A DNA stretch of 47,890 bases. It comes from Nemertoderma westbladi. Lineage: Eukaryota; Animalia; Xenacoelomorpha. Of this stretch, positions 1-10,898 are shown piece after piece (within the stretch, counting starts at the first letter, position 1; the number at the start of each line of letters is the position of its first letter). The notes below the pieces were generated by a model, which saw nothing but the letters and a program-made list of their open reading frames with translations, was not told where the DNA came from and made no database searches. The position numbers and the translations under genes are program-made. The stretch lies in contig JAUCBJ010007197.1 in the NCBI GenBank assembly GCA_032718475.1, positions 1-47,890 of the forward strand, read 5' to 3'.

Positions 1-525
1 GGTGTGTATTGAATCCAATGTTATTTAGCAGACCCTACGTGAGTCAATTACTGCTCTCTTTATGTGTGATCAAATATACTGACTGTCGGCAGAATAGTGT
101 GTATGATTGTGATTGGTAACAAAGTATTTCCTAAAGAATACGTTTTATACTTTAATCATAAGCAGTATCGTTGCGTTTAGTATAAGTCTTAGTTCTGTTT
201 AAATAGATAAAGCGCCACGTCCTAAAGGAACTGTTAATATTTCCCGAAAGCCAATAATATCTGTCAGAGATTAATTATTAACGATCTATCGAATAATACA
301 TTAGGTATACACTGCAACTTTACACTGTAATAATACAATTCAAGCATCCGAATTCAGTCTCCCGGGTGTAGATCCATCGGGTGAATGATCGCGCATGGGC
401 TGACTTCGGCTAATGTTTTGCGTATTAGCATAAATTATTGTCGTATGCTAAAGTGGTTTTAATTAACGAAAAGACATATAAATTTTGGCAGGTTAAACTG
501 CTAAAGGTCTTCGAAAGCGCGAACA
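1..525 (+). mobile_element. Partial LTR (3' portion), diverged relative of the element A LTR; 3' LTR or solo LTR
   Basis: Colinear similarity to ~4480-4994 (shared 'agcgccacgtcctaaaggaactgttaatatt', 'cgggtgaatgatcgcgca') and the same terminus 'gaaagcgcgaaca' at 525. Not followed by the element A PBS-like sequence. Confidence 0.85.
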
Positions 526-1189
526 AATGCAATTTTACCTCAAAGACGCATTCATGCAAGTATCAAGTAAATGTGTAAAAAATCAGCCTCGAGATAGCCT
601 TTACAATTCATGTTCACGGGCTGAGGATGGTCTGCATTATATAGGTGCACGCACATGATAGAGTCAAGATCCAACTTGTAGGATGACGGACTGACGCCCT
701 GCTAGGCCTACCTCGCTAGCACCCATCCGGTACATTGCAAAAATGAATAATTGAATCATTTTGTGTTTATGATTACAAACAATATGTGAACTGAAAAAAA
801 GCTAATCTAAGATTTACTGCTTGTTCTTACCAATGTAAGTCAAGAACCAATCACAGTAGATCCACTCCACTCTCCTGCTGGGTCCTATTTATTGAGATTA
901 CTACTTAACCAACCCAGCCTGCTGCAGGCCACCTATGATTGGTCTGCAAGTAGCTAGCTGCCTTGCTAACTAACTCTCAGCTTTGCCAGGCCTGTACTGC
1001 CAAAAGGAATATTCGAATCACTTTGAGATTTTATCACACAACATGTTGCAGCGAATACATAATACGCATTCACGCAAGCATACGCGTAAAATAAGCCTCG
1101 AGATAGCGATAGTTTACGTGCTCGGGACGAGAGCTTTCGATCGATGTATCATTCGCTCAGATTGGTGCTCGTGTGTCGGAGTGTATAGC

Positions 1190-1257
1190 TTGGACAGACT
1201 CACAGACTCATAGACTCACAGACTCACAGACAGACAGAGGATATTTATATATATAGA
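1190..1257 (-). mobile_element. Possible Helitron-like 5' terminus (TC-TATATATATAAA followed by a microsatellite)
   Basis: Minus strand reads a|tctatatatataaat followed by (tctg/tctgtgag)n, an arrangement common at ends of non-autonomous animal Helitrons. No matching 3' CTAG/hairpin end found. Confidence 0.3.
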
Positions 1258-1439
1258 TTATTACGCCAAATACTGGCAAATAGGCGATATGGTCATTAAC
1301 TAAAATTAAATCAAATTCAAATTTACAATAAAAAAACATAATTACTTTAATAAATAAATAAACTGTAAAATTATTTGAAGAGTTAGGACCTTGCTCAGGA
1401 ACACAAAGGTCGGAGATTTGCAGGGCATTCGAGCAGATG

Positions 1440-3720
1440 CACAGTGGGTCAAGAGTGGCCAAAATTAGGCCAAAACCGATGTGCTCAAAATCTTTTTTCA
1501 ATATCACCATTCGATTCGCCATATCTGAAAACCTCAGAAAATATACTTAATTTCAAAATTTTCATGTCTGGGAAGAAAATCTAGCTCGACAAACCCAAAA
1601 TTTCAAATTTATATGAAAAAAATTAAATTTTCATGCCAAATTAGGAAAATTGAAAATATTTGATAAATCAGTCAATTTTTAAGGAATTTCAAATTTTTTT
1701 TTTTTTAATTTGTTCCCATGAGTATGCCGAATTCATATTTCATATCAAATATATAGTATTTTATTGGCAAATATGCACTAAAAGTGATATTCTTTAATAA
1801 CCACAAAAATATCTTAAAAATGTGTTCTAGAACTTTGCGGGATCAAAATTTTTTTTTGCTAGGCCTTGCTACGCCCCAAGCTACCATTCAAATGAAAGAT
1901 CAACATATATACAACAAAATTATTGCTAAACTGGGTTGCCCCAAAAGGACCAAAAATGACATCCAAATTTTGATATCCATACCAAAATTGAAGGATTTCA
2001 CTGTTGGTACTTTCCAAAAATAGCACTTATAAACGAGATGGACAATTGAAACCAGTTTTAATCGAATCAGCACCCTCGAAAACATGTAAATACCGAAAAT
2101 TATCAAATTCTGTCTAGCAGTTCAGATTTTGACATTTTGTGCCATCCAGCCATGTGCCACTAACATGTGTCACATGCTAAACTGGCACATCTGTGTGATA
2201 GCGGAATTTTAAACCATTTTCAATCGTATCAGCATCCTTGAAAACCCATAAGTACTGAAAATTGTAAATTTCTGTCTAGCAGGAGAAATTTTGATATTTT
2301 ATGTCATGTGTCGCAAACATGTGCCACATGCATGTGCCACATGCTAAAGTGGCACAATTATGGAACAGCGGGATTTGACACTATTTGCAATTGTATCAAC
2401 ACCCTTGAAATCCTGTAAATAATGAAAATTGTACATTTCTATCTAGCAGTAGACATATTTGTATCTTGTGCCAAGTGCCGCAAACATGTGCCAAATACTA
2501 AAGTGGCACGTCTGAGTGAGAGCGGAATTTGAAACTATTTGCAATCGAATCAGCACCCTCTAAAACCTCTAAATACTGAAAATTGTCTATTTCTGACTAT
2601 CAGTAGTAAGTTTGATATTTAGTGCCATATGCCGCAAACATGTGCCACATGCTAAAGTGGCACGTCTGAGTTACAGCGGAATTTGAAACTATTTGCAATC
2701 GAATCAGCACCCTCTAAAACCTCAAAATATTGAAAATTTTCAATTTGTGACTATCAGTAGTAAGTTTGATATTTTGTGCCATATGCTGAAAACATGTGCC
2801 ACATGCTAAAGTGGCACGTCTGTGTGACAGCGGAATTTGAAACTATTTACAATCGAATCAGCACTCTCTAAAACCTCTAAATACTGAAAATTGTCAATTT
2901 CTGACTATCTGTAGTAAGTTTGATATTTTGTGCCATATGCCGAAAACATGTGCCACTTACTAAAATGGCACGTCTGAGTGACAGCAGAATTTGAAACTAT
3001 TTGCAATCGAATCAGCACCCTGTAAAACCTCTAAATATTGAAAATTTTCAATTTATGACTATCAATAGTAAGTTTGATATTTTGTGCTATATGCCGAAAA
3101 CATGTGCCACATTCTAAAGTGGCATGTCTGTGTGGCAGCGGAATTTGAAACTATTTACCATCGAAACAGCACCCTCTAAAACCTCTAAATAGTGAAAATT
3201 GTCAATTTCTGACTATCTGTAGTAAGTTTGATATTTTGTGCCATATGCCGAAAACATGTGCCACATGCTAAAGTGGCACGTATGAGTGACAGCGAAATTT
3301 GAAACTATTTGCAATCGAATCAGCACCCTCGAAAACCTCTAAATACTGAAAATTATCAATTTCTGACTATCACTAGTAAGTTTCATATTTTGTGCCATAT
3401 GCCTCAAACATGTGCCACGTGCCTAAGTTGTCTAATCTGTGCCACCACGGAATTTGAAACTATTTGCAATCGCCTCAGCACTCTTGGAAACTCATGAGAA
3501 CCAAAAGCTGCGGAATTCTGGCATTGTTTTTCATATTTCCCAAATATGCTAATTTTGGCACGTGCCAAGAAATGGCACAACGCCAAACGATAACTGGAAA
3601 CCCTTCCCAAACGATTCAGAACACTTGAAAACCCGTATTGGAGAAAAATTGTTCTTAAAACAAGAACACTTTCCGAATTAATGCATTTTGGCCACAAAAC
3701 ATGGTTTATGACCCACTGTG
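1440..3720. mobile_element. Non-autonomous Transib-superfamily DNA transposon
   Basis: Perfect 12-bp TIR cacagtgggtca (1440-1451 and reverse complement 3709-3720); 5-bp TSD agatg at 1435-1439 and 3721-3725. CAC(A/T)GTG-type ends with a 5-bp TSD are characteristic of Transib. No transposase ORF inside. Confidence 0.88.
2040..3500. repeat. Tandem satellite, ~154-bp unit, ~9 copies, inside the Transib element
   Basis: Motif gcggaatttgaaactatttgcaatcgaatcagcacc recurs at ~2522, 2676, 2830, 2984, 3138 and 3292, with more diverged copies at the edges. Each unit contains the inverted repeat gtgccac...gtggcac. Confidence 0.95.
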
Positions 3721-3768
3721 AGATGGTATAATGTGCCCCCCCCCCCCCCCCCCCCGCACAGTGAACAT

Positions 3769-4994
3769 TGTAAAAGCTTTTGCGTAATTAGCCGGTTATT
3801 ATCCCCGTAAAGTACTCTGTGGTTGGTTTACCAGGCATAAAAAGGCCGTGTCCTTGCTGTACTGGTGTTTTGGAGGACATAAAAGCCATTTCTTCTGTAT
3901 TTGTACTTTAGAGGACATAATCTGCAATTTCGTGACGTAAAAGCTCGATACTCTTGAAAACAGTGTCGCTACCATGACGACGGCTAACGGCTGATATTGC
4001 CATGTTGCCCCATAAACCCTGCTTTCTGTATCTGCCAATAGGATTTGAGTTGGTTTTGATTTTGACCTATCACAGATCTACTGAACTGAATTTCCTATCT
4101 GTATGCTCATTCTCTGTGGTGGGTGAGATCTTTGTAGAATAAGGGTAGCTGGTATTCTTATAGTTATTCTTATCAGTTTTTAGTGTTGTTGGTGATTCTA
4201 AGCCAGGAAGAACGGCTTTAGCCCTACACTAGTAGGCTTAATTATAAGGACATATATCCGTTATCTGCATTTATCACAACATAACATACCATACCTAATC
4301 AAACAACCTGTGCATACTTTATATTGTTATACTGCTATTTACTGTCAGTTCTTCATAATATGGTTGATGAATTATTATATTTGGAATAACGATAAATAAC
4401 CCCGAAACCCAATATTCTTGATATACCGAAGGTAAGAGAGAAAGGTTACATATAACGATTGTGACTTATGTTAAAGTGGTTTGAAGTGAATCTAATGTTA
4501 TTTGATAGACCCTACATGAGTCGGTCCGTGTTCCTTTTATATATAACTAAAATCAGTGAAGATCGGCAGATCAGTGTGCAGTATTGTGCAGCATTGTGTA
4601 TGAGTGAGCCTGATAACGAAGCATTTCCTAAAGAATGCGCCATATATGTGAATTATAACTAAGCCATATCGTTGTGAGTAGTTTAAGTCATAACTCTGTT
4701 TGTATAGATAGAGCGCCACGTCCTAAAGGAACTGTTAATATTCCCCGAAGGTGAATAATATTGTCAGAGATTATATAATACTGTCAGTCGAATAATACAT
4801 TAAGCTTACATAGCAATAAAATTAAGCCGTCGAACCCAATCTCCCGGGTATATCCAGCGGGTGAATGATCGCGCACAGATTGGTTTCGACTAGTGTAGTG
4901 AATTAAATACTTGTCATAGGCTAAAGGTGATTTATTATCTAGAAGACATCCTAATTTGGCGGGTTAAACTGCCAAAGGTCTGAAAGCGCGAACA
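3769..4994 (+). repeat. 5' LTR of element A (1226 bp)
   Basis: Starts tgtaaaagcttttgcg, ends gaaagcgcgaaca; direct repeat of 13962-15574. Confidence 0.95.
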
Positions 4995-5006
4995 ATAACG
5001 GATATA
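4995..5006 (+). promoter_or_regulatory. Non-canonical primer-binding site of element A (complementary to its own LTR)
   Basis: ataacggatata directly follows the LTR and is the exact reverse complement of tatatccgttat at 4253-4264; no TGG. Confidence 0.65.
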
Positions 5007-5363
5007 GCTTCTTTATTGCAGTAAGCAATAAAGTTGAAAGTACCGGTCAACCGGTAAACCTGAACGGTACATCTGTAGGTCAGTAGGCCCAACCGCCAGA
5101 ACCGGTACTGCCGTAGGTCCGTAGGTCCAACTGCCAGAACCGGTACTTCTGTAGGTCCGTAGGCCTAACTGTCCTAACCGGTACTTCCCGTATAAGTACA
5201 TTAGTATTATTCGATTTGATTGTTGTATACCGGTAGGCTGTTTAAGAGATTAGGGACTGTACACCCCTTGTTTCTTTTGGAGCTTACTTATTTCTGTCAG
5301 TTTTATTTGTTTGTAAGCCAGTATTGAACAGAAGGCGTGTAAGCCTGATCAGATTGTGCAGAC

Positions 5364-5926
5364 AATTTGTAGGTTGAGCTGTTGTCTGATTGCTGTTAAG
5401 TCTGAACGGATTGCAGTGTGTATAGATCACCTGTCCGATAAAGAACGGTTAGGAAGTAGGGGCAGCGAATGCTGTAAGGTAAACCCCCAACTAAAGAATA
5501 AGTCGTACTACTGGGTTAGAACGCATACTACCTAATCATTTCGGAGTCTGCATGTCCTGTAGTTTATTTAGGCTTGAGAGTAGTCTGCCATCGTTTGGTC
5601 TGTACTTTGTTTGTGTAAGTCTGTACGGGTAGCGTATAATATTTATTTAGATAATTTGTAGGCTGGATAGTTGTCTGGCTGTTATTAGGTCTGAACGGAT
5701 TGCAGCGTGTGTAGATCACTTGTCCGATAAAGAACGGTTAGGAAGTAGGGGCAGCGAATGCTGTAAGGTAAACCCCCAACTAAAGAATAAGTCGTACTAC
5801 TGGGTTAGAACGCATACTACCTAATTATTTCGGAGTCTGCATATACCGTAGTTTGTTTAGGCTTGATAGTAGTCTGTCAGTGTTCGGTCTGCATTTTGTT
5901 TGAGTAGTTTGTACGCGTAGCGTAAT
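5364..5926. repeat. Tandem duplication (~289-bp unit, 2 copies) in the long 5' leader of element A
   Basis: tctgaacggattgcag... at 5401 and 5690 with long near-identical stretches. Shorter accggt-rich repeats occur at 5041-5190 and ~6870-7120. Confidence 0.9.
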
Positions 5927-7292
5927 ATTTATTATTCAGAGTTTATGCGATTATTCGCAACATTCAAGTCCCCAAGTTTGTTCCTACAGTAATTGTGTTT
6001 GTTATACATACCGCTATAGTTAAATTAACCCCGGTACTACAAGGGCTGCTTGGCGTAGGTAAAGACTGGTGATTTTGTGCATCGGTCACTCCAGCAGATG
6101 CCGTGGTTCTTTTAGCTGTTCAAGTATATTTAACTACTGATTATATGTTGTACAAGTACTCGTACCTAATTTAGGGTTTAGTGTACAGTGCTTTCCGAAA
6201 GTAATTAGTGTAGGCATTATATTTGTGTTGTAAACTGGTTGATAGGCACGTTCGATTAGCTCTATTAACTTCTAGGTAGGGACACTCCGTGATACATAAC
6301 GTAGTACCTATAGCGATACGGCTATAGGTCGTCAGGCGGTGGTATTTTCCTATCTGGACAACGCAGTGTATCTACTACTACTTATTATTTTCAAATACCG
6401 TAGTACCCTGTCCGTTGTAATTACCAGATTTCTAACCCTTTGTTAGGCTGGTTTGTAGACTTCTTGTAAAATTACCCTAAAAATTCGTATTTTGTGTTTT
6501 TTGTAAATTTTTGTGTTTATTTAGAGATTGTAATCTCACCCGAATTGTACGTAATTTGTAGTATTAAGTAACTTAGGTAAATTAGTATTATTTGTTTTAG
6601 TGTCCTATAAGTAACACTTCACTGAAAGCGCACCGCTTTGTGTAGTGATTACTCCCCAGAAATAATAACATTTATTTCAAACATTGACAAAACCCATTAA
6701 AACGGGTATATATATATTATAAATCAAATCTAACGATTTATAAATAGTAGGCCTACCATACAACCATTAGGTCTCAATTTCAGTTGGACTACTGCTCGAA
6801 TAACGGTAATAAAGTAAGTAAAGTAACAAAGTAACCCTAAAATTCAGAAATTCAATTATTTAAAATAATTGATATACCGGTATTTACGATAGGCCTATTA
6901 TCTTTATTTCGATAAATTTCGGCTGAAATTATACCGGTACTTGTAATTAATTCTAGTACAGAATTATACTTATATATACTACAAGCTGTAAGCTGTATAC
7001 CGGTATTCCCGATAGGCCTATTATATATTTATATATATTTGTGCTAAAATTATACCGGTATTCTGTGATAAACCTAGTCTGTAATAATACTTATATATAC
7101 TATAAGCATACCGGTATTCTAATATATTATATATATCACGCTACACTGAGTAGCAGTATCGGTAATTAATTACTAGGCTAGCAGTGATACTGAATTACTA
7201 GACTTGCTTTAACTGTAATATAGCAGTAGGCATTCAACTGTACAAACAAAATTAGACTTGGACAGTGTCTTGAAAGGAAGGTGGCAGAGGCA

Positions 7293-10200
7293 ATGGCAAC
7301 AGCAGAAGCGGAAAGAAAAGCGGCAGAGGCAGTGGCAGAAGCAGACTTGAGGAGACAAATCAGAAGACAGGGATTTGCCTCCTCCGATGAAGGTGATATA
7401 AGAGATCCCGAAGGTAGAGGTAATAAATCTCGTTCAAGCGGACGTAGACGGATGCTCAAGCGGAGGGTACCTCCTGAGGTGAGAATGCATCTGGATAGTG
7501 CAGACTATCTAGCGTATTACAGAACTCTCTGTGGTACAGAACCCACAGACCAAATTATTACAGTAGAAAGACTCCCTACTATAACAGATGAGCCTGAAAT
7601 AATTAGGCCTGTTCTCGAAGACACCCCTTCGGTGCTAGAGACACCTGTGCTCCCAGAAACCACTTCTAGATTCCCTTTGCACAGTACTAAACTACCTGTG
7701 CCCAGTAGGACTGTTCCCGAGTCCGAACCCATCCTGGACGCCGAGCGAGATATTAAGAATTTATCGCCCGTCGTCTCTCACTCGCCCGCTACAACGTTGG
7801 CGACTCCCGCTTCGGTGGTTGAGTGGGTAGCTGAGGGACGACGGGAGATGGGTCTCCTGCTCGAGCAGCTGAGGGAACACTGTTTGTGCTCCTCTCAGCA
7901 GGTCCGGGAAATGGAAGAGACTGTTCAGCAGCTCAAGGGAACAGTAAGGGAAAGTAGGTTAGAGTTGCAAAAGGTGCAGCAAAGTATCGCGTTAGAACGC
8001 GATAAATTAGTCAATTTACAAAAGGGTATACCACCACCCCCTGTAACAATGTGTCAACCCGTTAGGTCTGAAGTATCCCATGCGCAAGGTGTGGAGCCTA
8101 CACGCATCTATACTGCTAGCGAAATAGAAACTCCTATAGTGAACCCTATTAAGGGTAATTATAAACCTGTTGATAATGATATTCCATATAGACCTGATCA
8201 TAATCCGAGAAATTTATATACCGATAATTCTATATTCAATAATACGATGGTTCAAGAAAGTTTTACGCGTCAAATGGCTAGAACCGAAGCCCGTCAAGCG
8301 GTAAAGGTTGGAGAGATCGTCAAGTTCAATGGAGATGAGATGAAATGGTTACCTTTTAATGAATATTACAAAGATAACTTACAGAACTCTGTACTATCTA
8401 ACGGAGAGAAACTTAGATTCCTCATCGAATGTTTGGAAGGACCTCCCAAGTCAATGGCGTTAAAATTTATTGGACATCCAGATGGATTAAGACAAGTTTG
8501 GGATACACTAAACATCAGGTATGGTAATAAGACTAACATAGCTAGGTATTTATATGCGAAATTAATGGCGCCCCGAAAGTTTCTTAGCAGCGGGATTATA
8601 GAGTTTTCCGATGAGATTCAGGAGATCTGTAGACAACTAGATTGGTTAGGTAAGTCTCATGAATACCAGAATTCTATGGTTGTAGGAGCCTTAGCATCTA
8701 CTTTGCCCAAGGGTGGAGTAGGTACACGCTGGGACAAGAAGGTGTTATATATGATGGAACAACAACAACGAGACCCTACCATGGCTGATCTCATGTCATT
8801 CTTGGATAGCGAGGTGAAATTACAGCTCATAAAGCAGTCCAGAGAGAAGACAGCGGAAAGTAAGGTAAGTGAGAAACCCGTTTCTAGGAGAAGGGTAACA
8901 CCAGTATGTTATACCGACGACGGTGAAAGCCAAACTTCTCAAGGAGAGGACAGCGGGAAAGACACTGACAGATCTTATTATGTCAATAAAATGCCTAAAG
9001 ATCAGGTAAGTAAATCCGAGTCTCGACCCAATGACAGAAGGGAACCGGTACAAAAAACCCTTCCTACGTCTCCTAAAAGAATTCAGGTGAGAAAGCCCGA
9101 GGAAAGAACAAGTGTGCACCACATAGCACAGGTTAAAGTAAGTAACATCAAGCCGAAATGTGTGCTGTGCGACGGGCCCCACCGTTTAAATGCGTGTGAT
9201 AAATTCCTGAGGAAATCACTAAAGGATAGACGTGAAGTCATGTGGGATAAGCGGTTGTGTTATAATTGCCTCAGACGAGGACACCAACGGCGAACCTGTT
9301 ACTCCGACGCAAGGTGTGCAAAGTGCGGCGCAAAACATCATATCTTGTTGCACACGGAATTCGAACGAAACAGCCCGAGTCAGGTAAGTGAGTCCGAACT
9401 ACATGTCCAATTCAGTGATGTGAACGACACTGATCAATCTGAGATGGAAGGATTCTATACGGACGAGTTCTCCGACGAAAACGAATCCTGTTACTTAATA
9501 AACACCACCGCAGTGTATCGAGCACTCATGTATGAGAAAGACACAGACAGCGACCTCACCCTAACTACTTCAGATCAACAACCATCTTGGAAAGCGCCAA
9601 CTTCCAATATAGGAATCCGAGAATTTCCTGTAGTCCAGTTACGGGTCCACGGACCTCAGAAGAGCTATATAGTGAACGCCCTCCTGGACTCCGGTAGCAC
9701 AGGAACATTCATCGATAAAGAACTAGCCGAAGTCATCTTTGCTGGACAACCCAAGTTCCGAACCAAGCTAAACATGTCAGGGATCATGCAGGTTTGGAAT
9801 TCTACTGTAGCTGCCGACTATTATATAGGTGAGTTGTCCACTCCACAGGATAAACTAGGAGAATACAGTATAAGGTCAGTAAAAATGGTGGCAATAAAGA
9901 ACTTCGCTACCACCCAAGTGGAACCTTATAATTGGGACGAAGATGATCATGCCCAACAACTTAACATCCCTAGATTCGACACCGATTATCCTGGAGTACA
10001 AATATTAATCGGTCAAAACGCGCATGAGGCGCTGGAGACATTAGAGAAACGACCTACTCAACCGCAACCACTTCAGACCTATGCGGTAAGAACTAGAGTA
10101 GGTTGGTACCTTACTGGACCTTCCCGTAGAACGCTCAGAGAAAGACTGCTTCAAGATCGCGTCTGCCAGGTGAGTGAATGGGAAGATGATACTAGTGAGG

Positions 10201-10898
10201 GAGACGACCCAACTGAGGGAACACCATACTCCTCAGATAATGACGATATTAGCTCCAATGTAGATCAATGGAGATATTGCCCCAAGAAGTTTAATCCAAC
10301 TGACATCGCTTCCAGAGGAGCAACTCCTCAAGAACTGACAGATACTACAGACCGGTTAGGTGAACCCGACTTCCTGAGTAAGGAGGATGAATGGCCTCCC
10401 CATCTTACTCCGACTGAGATTAGACCAGCCAAGGGAGCGGAGAAAGTTAAACCTAAAACCCGGACGGGTGGAGCGGAGTTATTTGAACCCGGGATAGATC
10501 TGTCGGTATTACATATTGCCAGGGACGACGCCGTGGATCTGGACCTCCCCACCGCGAGTGGATCCTTCATGAAGATCAGAGAGAGCGATTGGAGCTCTGG
10601 AACATCAGACGTCTCGCAGGGACTCTCACCTCTCCTGCAGGGAGCGACGGACCACTATAGCTCCTGGAATCGGCTTTGTAAGGCCGTCGTGTACTTAGAG
10701 CGATGTTTCTATCGTCACTATTCCAGGACGAAGAGGAAACCTGGAATTGTATTCGGGATGCAGCGACTCAATCACCCAGTCGGTCGTTTGTGTTTACCGG
10801 AAGGGAATGGAGGACTCTCCGGAAACTGTGGAAGGCAAGATTCTCTTCCCACGACCACCTCCCTAATCCTTCAAACATCTAGGGACTCCATAACGTAA
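7293..10898 (+). CDS. BEL/Pao gag-protease polyprotein with RT and integrase core deleted
   Basis: Uninterrupted ORF (first ATG 7293). Gag core KFNGDEMKWLPF...LSNGEKLRFLIECLEGP; triple knuckle CVLCDGPHRLNAC / CYNCLRRGHQRRTC / CAKCGAKHHILLH; protease ALLDSGS; then directly the RNase H C-terminal motif QWRYCPKKFNPTDIASRG and YSSWNRL. No YxDD and no integrase DDE. Confidence 0.92.
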   Translation: MATAEAERKAAEAVAEADLRRQIRRQGFASSDEGDIRDPEGRGNKSRSSGRRRMLKRRVPPEVRMHLDSADYLAYYRTLCGTEPTDQIITVERLPTITDEPEIIRPVLEDTPSVLETPVLPETTSRFPLHSTKLPVPSRTVPESEPILDAERDIKNLSPVVSHSPATTLATPASVVEWVAEGRREMGLLLEQLREHCLCSSQQVREMEETVQQLKGTVRESRLELQKVQQSIALERDKLVNLQKGIPPPPVTMCQPVRSEVSHAQGVEPTRIYTASEIETPIVNPIKGNYKPVDNDIPYRPDHNPRNLYTDNSIFNNTMVQESFTRQMARTEARQAVKVGEIVKFNGDEMKWLPFNEYYKDNLQNSVLSNGEKLRFLIECLEGPPKSMALKFIGHPDGLRQVWDTLNIRYGNKTNIARYLYAKLMAPRKFLSSGIIEFSDEIQEICRQLDWLGKSHEYQNSMVVGALASTLPKGGVGTRWDKKVLYMMEQQQRDPTMADLMSFLDSEVKLQLIKQSREKTAESKVSEKPVSRRRVTPVCYTDDGESQTSQGEDSGKDTDRSYYVNKMPKDQVSKSESRPNDRREPVQKTLPTSPKRIQVRKPEERTSVHHIAQVKVSNIKPKCVLCDGPHRLNACDKFLRKSLKDRREVMWDKRLCYNCLRRGHQRRTCYSDARCAKCGAKHHILLHTEFERNSPSQVSESELHVQFSDVNDTDQSEMEGFYTDEFSDENESCYLINTTAVYRALMYEKDTDSDLTLTTSDQQPSWKAPTSNIGIREFPVVQLRVHGPQKSYIVNALLDSGSTGTFIDKELAEVIFAGQPKFRTKLNMSGIMQVWNSTVAADYYIGELSTPQDKLGEYSIRSVKMVAIKNFATTQVEPYNWDEDDHAQQLNIPRFDTDYPGVQILIGQNAHEALETLEKRPTQPQPLQTYAVRTRVGWYLTGPSRRTLRERLLQDRVCQVSEWEDDTSEGDDPTEGTPYSSDNDDISSNVDQWRYCPKKFNPTDIASRGATPQELTDTTDRLGEPDFLSKEDEWPPHLTPTEIRPAKGAEKVKPKTRTGGAELFEPGIDLSVLHIARDDAVDLDLPTASGSFMKIRESDWSSGTSDVSQGLSPLLQGATDHYSSWNRLCKAVVYLERCFYRHYSRTKRKPGIVFGMQRLNHPVGRLCLPEGNGGLSGNCGRQDSLPTTTSLILQTSRDSIT

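Noticed and set aside
3757-3763. Extra CACAGTG heptamer just before the element A LTR
   Set aside because: No second TIR block, partner end or TSD found; likely chance or an unresolvable remnant.
4468-4719. Small ORFs repeated at 15048-15299
   Set aside because: They are repeated only because they lie in the LTRs; no coding evidence.
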